A stretch of 64,000 nucleotides of DNA from Oscillospiraceae bacterium (GCA_963620035.1 CAVEXN010000011.1:149-64148), one strand, 5' to 3'; positions 35,070 to 44,307 are shown, counted from the first letter of the stretch. The notes: generated from the letters alone by a model not told the origin. Numbers and translations: made by a program.

Positions 35070-35798
35070 ATGGAATGGAGACAATTAAATCCCCAGCATG
35101 AGGTTAACCCGATGGATCATGTGGGAGAACTGCACAACACCCTGTTGGAACATTTCATCAAAAACATCGACAATGTTTCAAAAAAGCCTTGCAGCCAATG
35201 TACTATTGTCAGCGACGTCATCGGTCTGATTCTGCCTGACGCCATATCTTTGCTGCAACTGACATCAGACCGTCTGGACTACTACAAAGCCTACGCTGCG
35301 TGTACCGCTGCTGTTGTAAACAATCATGATACACATAAAGATTTCTTGCAGGTCGCTGCATACAGCAGCAGTTTTCATATTCTTCTGAGTAAAATCTTAT
35401 ACAGAATTGAACAATTATCGATAGACAATGTAGATGCAACTTTGCTATCACTACAAATAATTGACATTGACATTCTCGCCAATTATTTGTCTTCATTCGA
35501 AAAAGATACCCTTTGGATGCTAAATTCAATAGCACGGCACAGTGCAGCTTATTGGGTAACAGCCAAAACCGATTCGAACTCGCCCTGGATCAAAGCTCTG
35601 TCTGACAGAGATTGTGGTTTTCTCAAGAAAGATCCGCCAGAATGGGTATATACCGGCACTAAGGCGGCATTCATAGGAGCATGGTTTGCAGGGAACCCAT
35701 TGGCAGCATTAGGAGCAGCGGCGGTAAGTTCTGCCGTAGATGCCATTTTAGAGTGTACGGATGACGATGAAAAAGATGAGAAAAAGTGTGTTTTCTGA
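35070..35798 (+). CDS. orphan protein with C-terminal glycine-zipper-like hydrophobic segment (unknown function)
   Basis: Track ORF 35031..35798 starts at TTG, so I prefer the ATG at 35070 (MEWRQLNPQHEVNPMDHVGELHNTLLEHF). No signal peptide. The C-terminus reads GTKAAFIGAWFAGNPLAALGAAAVSSAVDAIL followed by the acidic tail ECTDDDEKDEKKCVF. The gene is visibly AT-rich (about 30-47 % GC in hand-counted 60-nt samples, against about 58 % in flanking genes). Confidence 0.5.
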   Translation: MEWRQLNPQHEVNPMDHVGELHNTLLEHFIKNIDNVSKKPCSQCTIVSDVIGLILPDAISLLQLTSDRLDYYKAYAACTAAVVNNHDTHKDFLQVAAYSSSFHILLSKILYRIEQLSIDNVDATLLSLQIIDIDILANYLSSFEKDTLWMLNSIARHSAAYWVTAKTDSNSPWIKALSDRDCGFLKKDPPEWVYTGTKAAFIGAWFAGNPLAALGAAAVSSAVDAILECTDDDEKDEKKCVF

Positions 35799-36096
35799 GA
35801 TTTCAGTTGAACAAAACATTTATTTTCTTTGAAAAAAAACACCTTTAGAACTTATTCATTGCCATAGTCTGCACCGGATTGACCAACATCCTGTCACGTG
35901 CTATCATTGTGAACCTCCTTTGACGGCGTTTTTGAAGTCATTTCATCAAAAGCCATTGTAATTGCCTGTGTGTTCCCGTTTATTGTTGTTTACTTTGAAA
36001 AGGAGAAATTGGCAGTTGTCTGAATCGTTTACAATGTCTTCTTCTCATTTTTGAGCCATTGGCTATAGTTCAAAACAGGTCTTCAAGGTTTTTCTT

Positions 36097-39000
36097 TCAG
36101 AACATGGCCTTGACCGTCATTGCACCCGTATGCACAGTTTTGTTGCCCTGCGTCTTGCGGCCTTCATATTGGAGTGACAGCTGCATATACTCGGTGACGG
36201 AAATGCGGAAGTCGCACTTCCACAAGACATTCTGCCCCAGCGCAAGGCCGTTCATCATCAAATAAGAAGCGGTGTTGCTCTCCGGGATGCAGCCGCCGGC
36301 ATATACATACTGCAATGAGGAAGTCACCATGCCCCGTCCGGCGAATCGTCCAATTGCCTCCAGCGACGCACTGTGCGACCAAAGCCGCTCAAGACCCAAG
36401 AGGTTGCATTTGCTGTCGTAACTGTACTCCACTGAAAACGTTACAATATTGCGGAACTGGTACCGCACCTCTTCGCCTACCATGTGCCGCACTATCGTAT
36501 AACACCGCATGGACATCTGTTCCGACCGGTTGCCCGTCTCTTGATGCTCGTAGGTGGTCTGGAAAGTGAGATTTTTCCCGGCTCGCCCTTTCAGCACAAC
36601 CTGCTGCATGGACACGCTGTTTCGCTCAAAGCCATAATAAAGAAGGTTCTTGTTCTGATTCTCCTGAACCGTCAAGTCAAACGCGAACTTCGAGGCGCTG
36701 CTGTTGAACGAGAATGTGTTGCTGAACGAAAAACTGCGGCTGACAAGCCCCGTGTCCGACAAGTCTGCATAGAAAGGATTGACGTTAGGGACGGTCCGTT
36801 TCACGCCGGTGCGCAAGGTGGCGGCATCCGAAAAGCGGGAGATGAACTTTTTCAACCCTTCAGCATTCCGCCAGACGACCGCGGGAGACAAACGGACACT
36901 TTGCGTAAACTTGCTGTTATAGGTGTTAATGTAGTCTGTGCCCGAAAGCCACACTTTGACATACTCTGCGGCATCCCGGAAAGCCGAAATCTCGAATTCT
37001 TCAAGTTCCTCCACCCCATTGCCGTTGTAGTCGTTCCAGACATGAGTACCCTGGCCTTTCGCCACCTTGATGAAAGTGTAGCTGCGGCGCAGTTCCATTC
37101 CGCTTCCTAGTTCATAATAGGTGTTCAACGATAGGAAATTGTGCCAAAACCGCCCCGAATACTCGAGGTTCCCTACATAATAATGTTCAGGACGGATGTT
37201 CGCCCCGGCATTGTCGCGCTGGTTGCGGTAGGTGGCCTTTACGCCCAAATGCTGATTCCTGACCCGGTCCATAGACCCGGCAACGGAAAGTTCGTCCAGA
37301 ACGGTGTGCCGCGACAGAGTGTCGGCCGAGGGCTGAAATTCAATACGGTTCTTGTAATAGATGGCATACTTCCCGAGCCGGGCACTGTCGCCGCTCTTGA
37401 CATAGAGCACGGCTTCATTGAAGGCATAACTGTCGGCGCACAAGGTGTCCAGAAGACAGTCCCGGTACATATTGTGCTCCAGCAAGTCCCGGACACCGAC
37501 AATGACCTTCCCGATGCTCATCGAGAGGTTGTTGTCTGAAGCGACGAATGAACTTTTGCGGAGAGTGTCTCTCTGCAGGAGCCAGGATGTAGCAGTCGTG
37601 AACTGAGTGTTTTTCAGTCTGTTGCCGGAGACAATCTCCTGCCGCAGTGCCGACAGACTTCCGGGACGGGAATACCAGTTAAGCGTATATTTCGACGAAC
37701 CGTATTGTGGATTGGCAATGCCCGCCGAAGCCTGCAGCATCTGTTCTGCGGAGCGTACACTGTCGTTACCGGAGAGGTTGTATTTGCGGGCAAACTCAAC
37801 CTCGCGGCTGGGCTCCACCTCACAGAAATCCTTGTGGCGATATTGCCACAGCAGTTCAGTTGACAGGTGCCATCCGGCTGTATCGACATCCTTTTTTTCA
37901 AGACCCTGTTCGTGTTTCAACGCTATGTTACCGGCAAAACCGGCGTTGCCGTTCTTTTTCAGGAACGTGTTGCTGTTATAGTTCGACAATGCAAGTTCGC
38001 CGCGCAACATCGACTTCGGGGCGAAGCGGCAGGTCGCCCCGATCGTAGCCATCTGTTGCAGTTTCGGGGCGGTCAGCAACATCATGGGTTCGTATTCGCC
38101 TTGCGGGATGCCCTCTTCGGGGGCGGTCCAGCCAAACACACGTCCGTTAGCGGTGCTGCTCAACAATACATAGTTGCCCTTGTTCTTGCCCACGTAGGAG
38201 AAACTCAAACTGTACAATTGTTCTGTCTTGTCCACAGAATAGCAATACACCTCATAGTTCTTCCCTGCCGCCACAGTGTCGCGCCTGGCATAGAGCACTC
38301 GGTCAGAGGTGAACGCCATCGAGTCAGCCCGACTGTAATATGCTGTCTCCTCGCCCGGGGCGAGCCGGGAGAGAAAAAGTTTTTGGCTGTCATCGAGTTC
38401 GGGCTGGACCGACCGGTTCCTAAGATCCTGTTCCTGATAATAGTTAACGGTCAATGTCAGCGGACTTTTCTTGCCGAAAGTCATCTCATTATACGAAAAC
38501 AGACTGTACCTCACATAATTACGGTCTGTACATTCAAACCACACCACAATTCTTTTCTCTTCCGTCACCAGCATAGACGGGGTAAAGGTAAGCTCGGCGG
38601 TATTGTAGTCCATCACATAGTCGCGATCTTGGCCTCTGGTTTTGAGTTCTCCGTCAACATAGACGCGTTCGGAGCCTGCCACCACCGCTATGCTCGTCTC
38701 GTTGTTAGGGCCGTAAAGTCTATAAGGACCTTGCACGCCGTTTTGGGGTTCGATGTTCTGTTGGACGAATTTGCCTTTTGAGACACCGCCGCCTGCACTG
38801 TTTTCAAATTTTGCCGACGTGCTGCCTTTCAGGCAGTTGACAGCGGCTTTCATTCCGAGCAGACTGCGGTTCACTTTCAAGAAATCGTCATTCGGTGAAG
38901 ACAGTGAGATATCGCCGGCATCAATCCTTACAATATTTTTATGGCGTAGGGTAATGAACACGCTACTCAAGTCGGTGATGTACTCCGTGTTGCCTTCCGG

Positions 39001-39564
39001 TTGCAGCGGCATGTTCTGGTCTGAAAGGGAAGCGATGATTTCAAGGTCTTCGGAGAGTTTTCCTGACAATTGGAGATTGAGGGCCGAATTGAGCACTATG
39101 TCTTGCCTGTTTCCCACAGAGATGCCGCGCGACACAGAGCCGGCGGTATTGAGCAGATTGTCTTGCACGGCATCGGACACAGGCAGAATGTCGCTCTCCA
39201 CGGCTCTGAGGTCAGGGAGAGGGGGTTCAATGAGGGAGAGGGGGCGGTGGCGGCGCGGGGCAGAGAAGTCGGAACTATAAACCAGATACCGGAAGCAGAG
39301 CGGTTTTCCCAGCAAGGCGGAATCTTTCAGATAAAGCGTTGCGGCGATGAAATCTATGTCTAGGGCGGCAGCGGACGTGCCCTCCAACTGGAACGACTGC
39401 GGCACCACGGAGAGCGTATCGAAGCGCATGCGCATCGAATCGGGAGTCACGCAACCGAAACGGCAAGGAGACTGTGCATGCAGACAGCAGAGTTGCAGAC
39501 AGCAGACAACAATAAAAATACCGATGTGCCTAAAGTCCATCAGAAAAGAAAATCTATTACCCAA
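36097..39564 (-). CDS. 1155-aa putative outer-membrane protein of unknown family
   Basis: Signal peptide ...CCLQLCCLHA|QSP (the start may be the Met at 39540). Long beta-rich sequence ending ...TGAMTVKAMF (C-terminal aromatic residue typical of OM barrels). Contains a segment GISVGNRQDIVLNSALNLQLSGKLSEDLEIIASLSDQNMPLQPEGNTEYI that I cannot place in a named family. Confidence 0.55.
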   Translation of the reverse strand: MGNRFSFLMDFRHIGIFIVVCCLQLCCLHAQSPCRFGCVTPDSMRMRFDTLSVVPQSFQLEGTSAAALDIDFIAATLYLKDSALLGKPLCFRYLVYSSDFSAPRRHRPLSLIEPPLPDLRAVESDILPVSDAVQDNLLNTAGSVSRGISVGNRQDIVLNSALNLQLSGKLSEDLEIIASLSDQNMPLQPEGNTEYITDLSSVFITLRHKNIVRIDAGDISLSSPNDDFLKVNRSLLGMKAAVNCLKGSTSAKFENSAGGGVSKGKFVQQNIEPQNGVQGPYRLYGPNNETSIAVVAGSERVYVDGELKTRGQDRDYVMDYNTAELTFTPSMLVTEEKRIVVWFECTDRNYVRYSLFSYNEMTFGKKSPLTLTVNYYQEQDLRNRSVQPELDDSQKLFLSRLAPGEETAYYSRADSMAFTSDRVLYARRDTVAAGKNYEVYCYSVDKTEQLYSLSFSYVGKNKGNYVLLSSTANGRVFGWTAPEEGIPQGEYEPMMLLTAPKLQQMATIGATCRFAPKSMLRGELALSNYNSNTFLKKNGNAGFAGNIALKHEQGLEKKDVDTAGWHLSTELLWQYRHKDFCEVEPSREVEFARKYNLSGNDSVRSAEQMLQASAGIANPQYGSSKYTLNWYSRPGSLSALRQEIVSGNRLKNTQFTTATSWLLQRDTLRKSSFVASDNNLSMSIGKVIVGVRDLLEHNMYRDCLLDTLCADSYAFNEAVLYVKSGDSARLGKYAIYYKNRIEFQPSADTLSRHTVLDELSVAGSMDRVRNQHLGVKATYRNQRDNAGANIRPEHYYVGNLEYSGRFWHNFLSLNTYYELGSGMELRRSYTFIKVAKGQGTHVWNDYNGNGVEELEEFEISAFRDAAEYVKVWLSGTDYINTYNSKFTQSVRLSPAVVWRNAEGLKKFISRFSDAATLRTGVKRTVPNVNPFYADLSDTGLVSRSFSFSNTFSFNSSASKFAFDLTVQENQNKNLLYYGFERNSVSMQQVVLKGRAGKNLTFQTTYEHQETGNRSEQMSMRCYTIVRHMVGEEVRYQFRNIVTFSVEYSYDSKCNLLGLERLWSHSASLEAIGRFAGRGMVTSSLQYVYAGGCIPESNTASYLMMNGLALGQNVLWKCDFRISVTEYMQLSLQYEGRKTQGNKTVHTGAMTVKAMF

Positions 39565-39587
39565 TAACTCACAATTATCAATTTTCG

Positions 39588-39595
39588 TATTTTTG
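39588..39595 (+). promoter_or_regulatory. -7 promoter box TATTTTTG upstream of the transketolase C-terminal subunit gene
   Basis: cgTATTTTTGcgcc, 20 nt upstream of the ATG at 39615. Confidence 0.45.
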
Positions 39596-39614
39596 CGCCC
39601 AAAATTTTCAAGGT

Positions 39615-40568
39615 ATGGAAAAGATCACAAGCAATGGTATGAAAGACACGCGTTCCGGCTTCGGGGCCGGCTTATTGGAGGCCGGAAAGGCCAATCCTAA
39701 TGTCTTCGCCTTGACCGCAGATGTCACAGGCAGTGTAAAGATGGGGGACTTCAAGGCGGCTTTCCCGGACCGTTTCATTCAGGTCGGCATTGCCGAAGCG
39801 AATATGATCGGTATTTCGGCAGGTCTTGCCCTAAGCGGCAAGGTTCCGTTCGCCGCCGCGTTTGCCGGTTTTGTCAGCGGGCGCGTTTACGACCAGATCC
39901 GCATGACGGCAGCCTATTCCAACCTGAACGTTAAGATTTGCGCCTCCCATGCCGGCCTTACCGTCGGCGAAGACGGGGCAACCCATCAGATGATTGAAGA
40001 TCTGGGACTTATGAAGATGCTTCCCAACATGGTTGTGCTCAATCCGTGCGACTACACACAGACGAAGATGGCCACCATAGCCGCTGCCGAGTACGACGGT
40101 CCGGTTTATCTGCGCTTCGGGCGTCCGGCCGTGCCTGATTTTACGGCAGAGGCATCTTTTGTCATCGGCAAGGCCATCACGATGAACGAGGGCGCAGATG
40201 TGACTGTTTTTGCCACGGGGCATCTGGTTTATCCCGCACTTCAGGCCGCATACGCGCTGAACGAACAGGGCATCTCGGCAGAGGTCATTGACATCACGAC
40301 CATCAAGCCGCTTGACGAGGAGGCCGTGCTCGCCAGCCTTGCCAAGACCGGATGTGCCGTCACAGCAGAAGAACACCTTATGAACGGCGGCATGGGCGAC
40401 GCCATCTGCCAACTGTCGTGCCGCAGACTTCCCGTTCCCGTTGAGATGGTGGCCATGAACGATGTCTTCGGAGAAAGCGGAACATCTGACGAACTGATGA
40501 AACTCTACGGACTTGACACCGAACACATCGCTGAAGCCTGCAAAAAGGTAATCGCCCGCAAGAAATAA
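39615..40568 (+). CDS. transketolase, C-terminal (pyrimidine-binding plus C-terminal domain) subunit
   Basis: GFGAGLLEAGKANPNVFALTADVTGSVKM, FIQVGIAEANMIGISAGLAL, HAGLTVGEDGATHQMIEDLGLMKMLPNM and VYLRFGR. 317 aa is the size of the split-transketolase B subunit. Confidence 0.85.
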   Translation: MEKITSNGMKDTRSGFGAGLLEAGKANPNVFALTADVTGSVKMGDFKAAFPDRFIQVGIAEANMIGISAGLALSGKVPFAAAFAGFVSGRVYDQIRMTAAYSNLNVKICASHAGLTVGEDGATHQMIEDLGLMKMLPNMVVLNPCDYTQTKMATIAAAEYDGPVYLRFGRPAVPDFTAEASFVIGKAITMNEGADVTVFATGHLVYPALQAAYALNEQGISAEVIDITTIKPLDEEAVLASLAKTGCAVTAEEHLMNGGMGDAICQLSCRRLPVPVEMVAMNDVFGESGTSDELMKLYGLDTEHIAEACKKVIARKK

Positions 40569-40574
40569 CCCCTT

Positions 40575-41132
40575 ATGCCAGAAGCGTCTGACGATTTCAT
40601 CCTTGCCCTTTTCGAAAACAGCAAGACCAAAGAACAGGCTTTTGAACTGCTGGTGAAAAAATACCAGAAAGTCATCTATTTCAACACACGGCGTATCGTC
40701 TCCCTCCACGAAGACGCAAACGATGTCACCCAAAACGTCTTCATCAAAATCTGGCAGAACCTGCAGAATTTCCGTAAAGAATCAAGCCTCAAGACTTGGA
40801 TAACGAAGATTTCCGTAAACGAAGCGTTGACTTTCATAGAGAAAAAGAAAAAGACCTTGAACCTCGCCGACGACAGTTACGCAGACTTTCTTGTCGTGAG
40901 CCAGCCTGAAACGAATTTCATCTCACCTGACGAAATACAGCAAATGCTTCAGGAAGAAATACTCAGGCTTCCACCCAAACAACGCGCCGTATTCACCATG
41001 CGCTACTACGACGAGACTCCTTACGCAGAAATGTCCAAGATTTTCGACACATCCGAAAGCGCACTGAAAGCCTCCTACCACTTCGCCGCAGAAAAAATCA
41101 AGAAAAAATTATCCGAACGTTTAACTTTTTAA
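40575..41132 (+). CDS. ECF-type RNA polymerase sigma-70 family factor
   Basis: Region 2 DANDVTQNVFIKIWQNLQNFRKESSLKTWITKISVNEALTFI. Region 4 LPPKQRAVFTMRYYDETPYAEMSKIFDTSESALKASYHFA. Confidence 0.9.
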   Translation: MPEASDDFILALFENSKTKEQAFELLVKKYQKVIYFNTRRIVSLHEDANDVTQNVFIKIWQNLQNFRKESSLKTWITKISVNEALTFIEKKKKTLNLADDSYADFLVVSQPETNFISPDEIQQMLQEEILRLPPKQRAVFTMRYYDETPYAEMSKIFDTSESALKASYHFAAEKIKKKLSERLTF

Positions 41133-41176
41133 ACCATCCATAGTCAAACGTCAAGTTTGCATAATTTATAGATATT

Positions 41177-41512
41177 ATGGATATAGACTTAAAAAACCTG
41201 CCCAAAGAGGAAAACTACCAGATTCCTGAAGATTATTTCAACAATCTGCCCGGCCAGGTGATGAACAGAATCAGGAAAGAAAAGAAAAAAAGGCGGATCT
41301 TCCTGCTCTCCGGCGTTGCCGCTGCTCTTGCCATTGTCATCTGCGGCACTTTCGTGTTCAGATCTGTCTCCTCCGGCGTTGAACAGCAGCCCATCGTAAA
41401 CGAAAAGCAGACTGAAGTGAAACAATCTGAAGAAACAACGACTCCGCTGGAGCAGCAGATGGTTGACTATTACAGCAGCGACTTTGCACGTATGGAATAT
41501 TACAATTTCTAA
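41177..41512 (+). CDS. small single-pass membrane protein, probable cognate anti-sigma factor
   Basis: Follows the sigma gene. A short N-terminal segment, basic stretch RKEKKKRR and TM helix IFLLSGVAAALAIVICGTFVF. 111 aa. Assigned by position and architecture only. Confidence 0.5.
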   Translation: MDIDLKNLPKEENYQIPEDYFNNLPGQVMNRIRKEKKKRRIFLLSGVAAALAIVICGTFVFRSVSSGVEQQPIVNEKQTEVKQSEETTTPLEQQMVDYYSSDFARMEYYNF

Positions 41513-41535
41513 TCTAACTATACGTAAACAAAACA

Positions 41536-42048
41536 ATGAAACGAATCATAACCTTAATCTGCCTTTTAACAGCATTTGTGGCCTCAGTTCAGGCCCAAGA
41601 GAAACCCGACACCGAAAAGATGTTGAAAGAGCGCATGGACAACATGCACCAGAACCTCTCCCTTTCGTCTTCCGAAAGCAAAAGCTTCTACACCGCCTAC
41701 GAACAGTTCCTGCGAAGCGAAATCAAATACCACGAGACTTTCAGGACAAACATGGAGAAAAACGGCATCAAGCAGTGCGTCTGCCTGAACAAGGAGTCAT
41801 ACGCCAACATGACCGACAAGCAGATGACCTATATGCAAGACCAAAAATTCGAGCTCCGCAAGAACATGCTGAACCTTGAGTCTTCCTTTTACAAAAAACT
41901 GAAAACCATTCTTTCTCCAAGACACATTCAGGATTTCTACAGGATTGACGAACAATACAGACGTGATCTTGTGAACAAGGTGAAATGCCAGAAAAACAGC
42001 CAGACAGAAAAAGAAACCTTTATTAATTCAGGAAAGAAGAAACGTTAA
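41536..42048 (+). CDS. secreted helical protein (possibly Spy/CpxP-like periplasmic chaperone)
   Basis: Signal peptide ...AFVASVQA|QEKP. Charged helical sequence with an LxLSxxxS segment. The family assignment is tentative. Confidence 0.4.
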   Translation: MKRIITLICLLTAFVASVQAQEKPDTEKMLKERMDNMHQNLSLSSSESKSFYTAYEQFLRSEIKYHETFRTNMEKNGIKQCVCLNKESYANMTDKQMTYMQDQKFELRKNMLNLESSFYKKLKTILSPRHIQDFYRIDEQYRRDLVNKVKCQKNSQTEKETFINSGKKKR

Positions 42049-42083
42049 ACCGGGATTCGTCCGCCCCTTGATTCCTCTCGTGA

Positions 42084-43454
42084 ATGCTGTCTCGCAACGC
42101 TATAGCCTATACGCTTCAACACCTGACGCAAATATCCTTTCCTGACATTGGACCGCAAGAGGTTGCATTCACAGTCAACGGAGAGTCACTCCAAATAGCC
42201 ATTTCAGAACAATGGCATATCGCACTGAAACTGCTGTCAGACTCTGACATACAAGAACTTTGCAAGGGAGCACTTGCTCCCTTGCAATCTTTGTCTGCAG
42301 ACGGGAAAGTTTATGTTCCGTTGTTCCAGCCATCAAGGGCTGCCGGCGAGAACATCCGGCACGACCTGGAGCGGAACGAGCTGCACATCCCTTTCGACAT
42401 TGTCACCGTCTCCTTTCTGCTGCTTTCAAAGAGAGACGAAATGGCTGATGCCAAAAGAGACCGGCACGACAGATTCCCGTTCCTGCACAGTCTGCCAGAC
42501 ATGTACAGCTTCATCCACCTCCCCCTTGCGGACGAATATGCCATGTTGCTTCGGAAATGGGTTTTGGAAGCCTTTCATCCGTCTATAAAACTGACCCATA
42601 GGAAGCACCGTTTCATTCCCACACACGATATCGACCTGCTATACCGGTTCCGCAATCCGTTGCAGGCGGCAAAGTCGATACTTGGCCGAGACCTGCTGCT
42701 TGGCCGCAGCCTCTCTTGTACGTCAGCCTCCTGGAAAGAGTACCGTAATTGGCGCACCGACAGAAAACTCGACCCATACATCGCCGCCCTAATAGAGTTC
42801 ACACGCCTGTCGAAAGCACATGGGCTGCACGACGTTTTCTTTTTCAGGAGCAACTCTCTTGCCGACCCCGGCGCCGCCTATGATGTCCGAGACCCGATGG
42901 TGCGTCACTGCATCGATGCCATAAGGGAGGCAGGCATGGACATAGGGCTGCACGGCAGTTACGACAGTTATACGCAACCCGACCTTTTATGCCTCGAAAA
43001 AGAGAAGCTTGAAAAAGTCGCCGGGCAACAGATCACGAAAGTGCGACAGCATTATCTCCGATTCAGACTAAACGCAAAGGGAGGGGATGCCAGCACAATA
43101 GATGCATGGCGGGCGGCAAGGCTGACGGACGACTATACGCTCGGCTATGCGGAGCAGCCCGGATTCCGTTGCGGCACCTGCCACCCCTACCGGCTGTATG
43201 ACTGCAAAGCGGACTGTCCCACGGGAATAACAGAGCACCCGCTCATTGTCATGGACGGCAGCCTCGTGGACTACCTGCATCTGGATCCCGCCGAAGGCAA
43301 CGGGCTTACCACGCTCCTCCGGCAACGGTGCGAAGCCGTAGAGGGAGACTTCATCATATTGTGGCACAATCATTTCTGTAGCCGCCAATATCACACATAC
43401 TACCGTCAAATCTATCTTGAACAGATCAACGGCGGCAATGGCACCCTAAATTGA
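42084..43454 (+). CDS. polysaccharide-deacetylase-like (NodB-type fold) protein with extra N-terminal domain
   Basis: FIPTHDIDLLYRF, DIGLHGSYDSY and VRQHYLRF resemble the Asp/His motif series of the carbohydrate esterase 4-like family. The roughly 170-aa N-terminal domain is unassigned. Confidence 0.5.
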   Translation: MLSRNAIAYTLQHLTQISFPDIGPQEVAFTVNGESLQIAISEQWHIALKLLSDSDIQELCKGALAPLQSLSADGKVYVPLFQPSRAAGENIRHDLERNELHIPFDIVTVSFLLLSKRDEMADAKRDRHDRFPFLHSLPDMYSFIHLPLADEYAMLLRKWVLEAFHPSIKLTHRKHRFIPTHDIDLLYRFRNPLQAAKSILGRDLLLGRSLSCTSASWKEYRNWRTDRKLDPYIAALIEFTRLSKAHGLHDVFFFRSNSLADPGAAYDVRDPMVRHCIDAIREAGMDIGLHGSYDSYTQPDLLCLEKEKLEKVAGQQITKVRQHYLRFRLNAKGGDASTIDAWRAARLTDDYTLGYAEQPGFRCGTCHPYRLYDCKADCPTGITEHPLIVMDGSLVDYLHLDPAEGNGLTTLLRQRCEAVEGDFIILWHNHFCSRQYHTYYRQIYLEQINGGNGTLN

Positions 43455-43475
43455 AAACTTGAAGCGACTGACGAT

Positions 43476-44204
43476 ATGAGCGAACATTGGCTATCGAGAA
43501 CAGTGCTGCTGACAGGAGAGCAGCGGCTTGAAAAACTATCAAAAGCACATGTGCTGCAGGTCGGTTTGGGCGGCGTAGGAGCCTACTCGGCGGAGATGCT
43601 GTGCCGTGCCGGTGTCGGCGAGCTCACCCTTGTAGATGCTGACAAGGTGTCGCTCACAAACCTCAACCGGCAGTTGCCAGCCTTGCACTCCACCTTAGGG
43701 CAAAGCAAGGTGAAGGTCATGGAACAGCGACTGCTCGACATAAACCCGAGCCTTAAAGTGCATTGCGTAGAAGCGTTCATCCGTGACGAACGCACTGAAC
43801 AACTGCTGACGGCAGCCCCTTACGACTACGTGGTTGATGCTATCGACACCCTCTCTCCGAAAGTCTTCCTCATCTATCAGGCGTTGCAGAAAGGATTGAA
43901 AATAGTATCCGTAATGGGGGCAGGTGGCAAGACGGACCCTGCACAAGTCAGGATTGACGACATATCCCGGTCATCTTACTGCCGGTTAGCCAAGACCGTA
44001 CGCAAAAGGCTATACCGGCTTGGTGTCCGCAAAGGTGTGCAAGTCGTCTATTCGCCTGAAAAGGTGCCTGATGAGGCGGTTGTCATCGACAAAGACGAAG
44101 AGATCAACAAACTGTCAACCGTAGGTACAATATCCTATATGCCGGCTGTTTTCGGATGTTTCGCCGCCTCGGCCGTGATACGTGCTTTGATTGAGGAAAA
44201 ATAG
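43476..44204 (+). CDS. tcdA: tRNA threonylcarbamoyladenosine dehydratase (ThiF/E1-like)
   Basis: LEKLSKAHVLQVGLGGVGAYSAEMLCRAGVGELTLVDADKVSLTNLNRQ and DYVVDAIDT. 242 aa. Confidence 0.85.
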   Translation: MSEHWLSRTVLLTGEQRLEKLSKAHVLQVGLGGVGAYSAEMLCRAGVGELTLVDADKVSLTNLNRQLPALHSTLGQSKVKVMEQRLLDINPSLKVHCVEAFIRDERTEQLLTAAPYDYVVDAIDTLSPKVFLIYQALQKGLKIVSVMGAGGKTDPAQVRIDDISRSSYCRLAKTVRKRLYRLGVRKGVQVVYSPEKVPDEAVVIDKDEEINKLSTVGTISYMPAVFGCFAASAVIRALIEEK

Positions 44205-44263
44205 CCAAGCGACATGGCTGTGTTGAGGGCAAAGCGCAGCATTCGGAATAATAGCAATTTTTG

Positions 44264-44271
44264 TATTTTTG
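44264..44271 (+). promoter_or_regulatory. -7 promoter box TATTTTTG upstream of the TonB-dependent-receptor-like gene
   Basis: ttgTATTTTTGcgcac, 37 nt upstream of the ATG at 44308. Confidence 0.45.
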
Positions 44272-44307
44272 CGCACTTTTTTCAGATTACAAAATCGTAA
44301 GGCTTTG

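Noticed and set aside
35845-35907. A 20-codon minus-strand micro-ORF (MIARDRMLVNPVQTMAMNKF) preceded by a perfect AAGGAGG six nt upstream, in the AT-rich spacer.
   Set aside because: It is too short to evaluate, and Bacteroidetes generally do not rely on Shine-Dalgarno pairing, so the AAGGAGG may be coincidental. It is only worth revisiting if ribosome profiling or peptidomics data exist.
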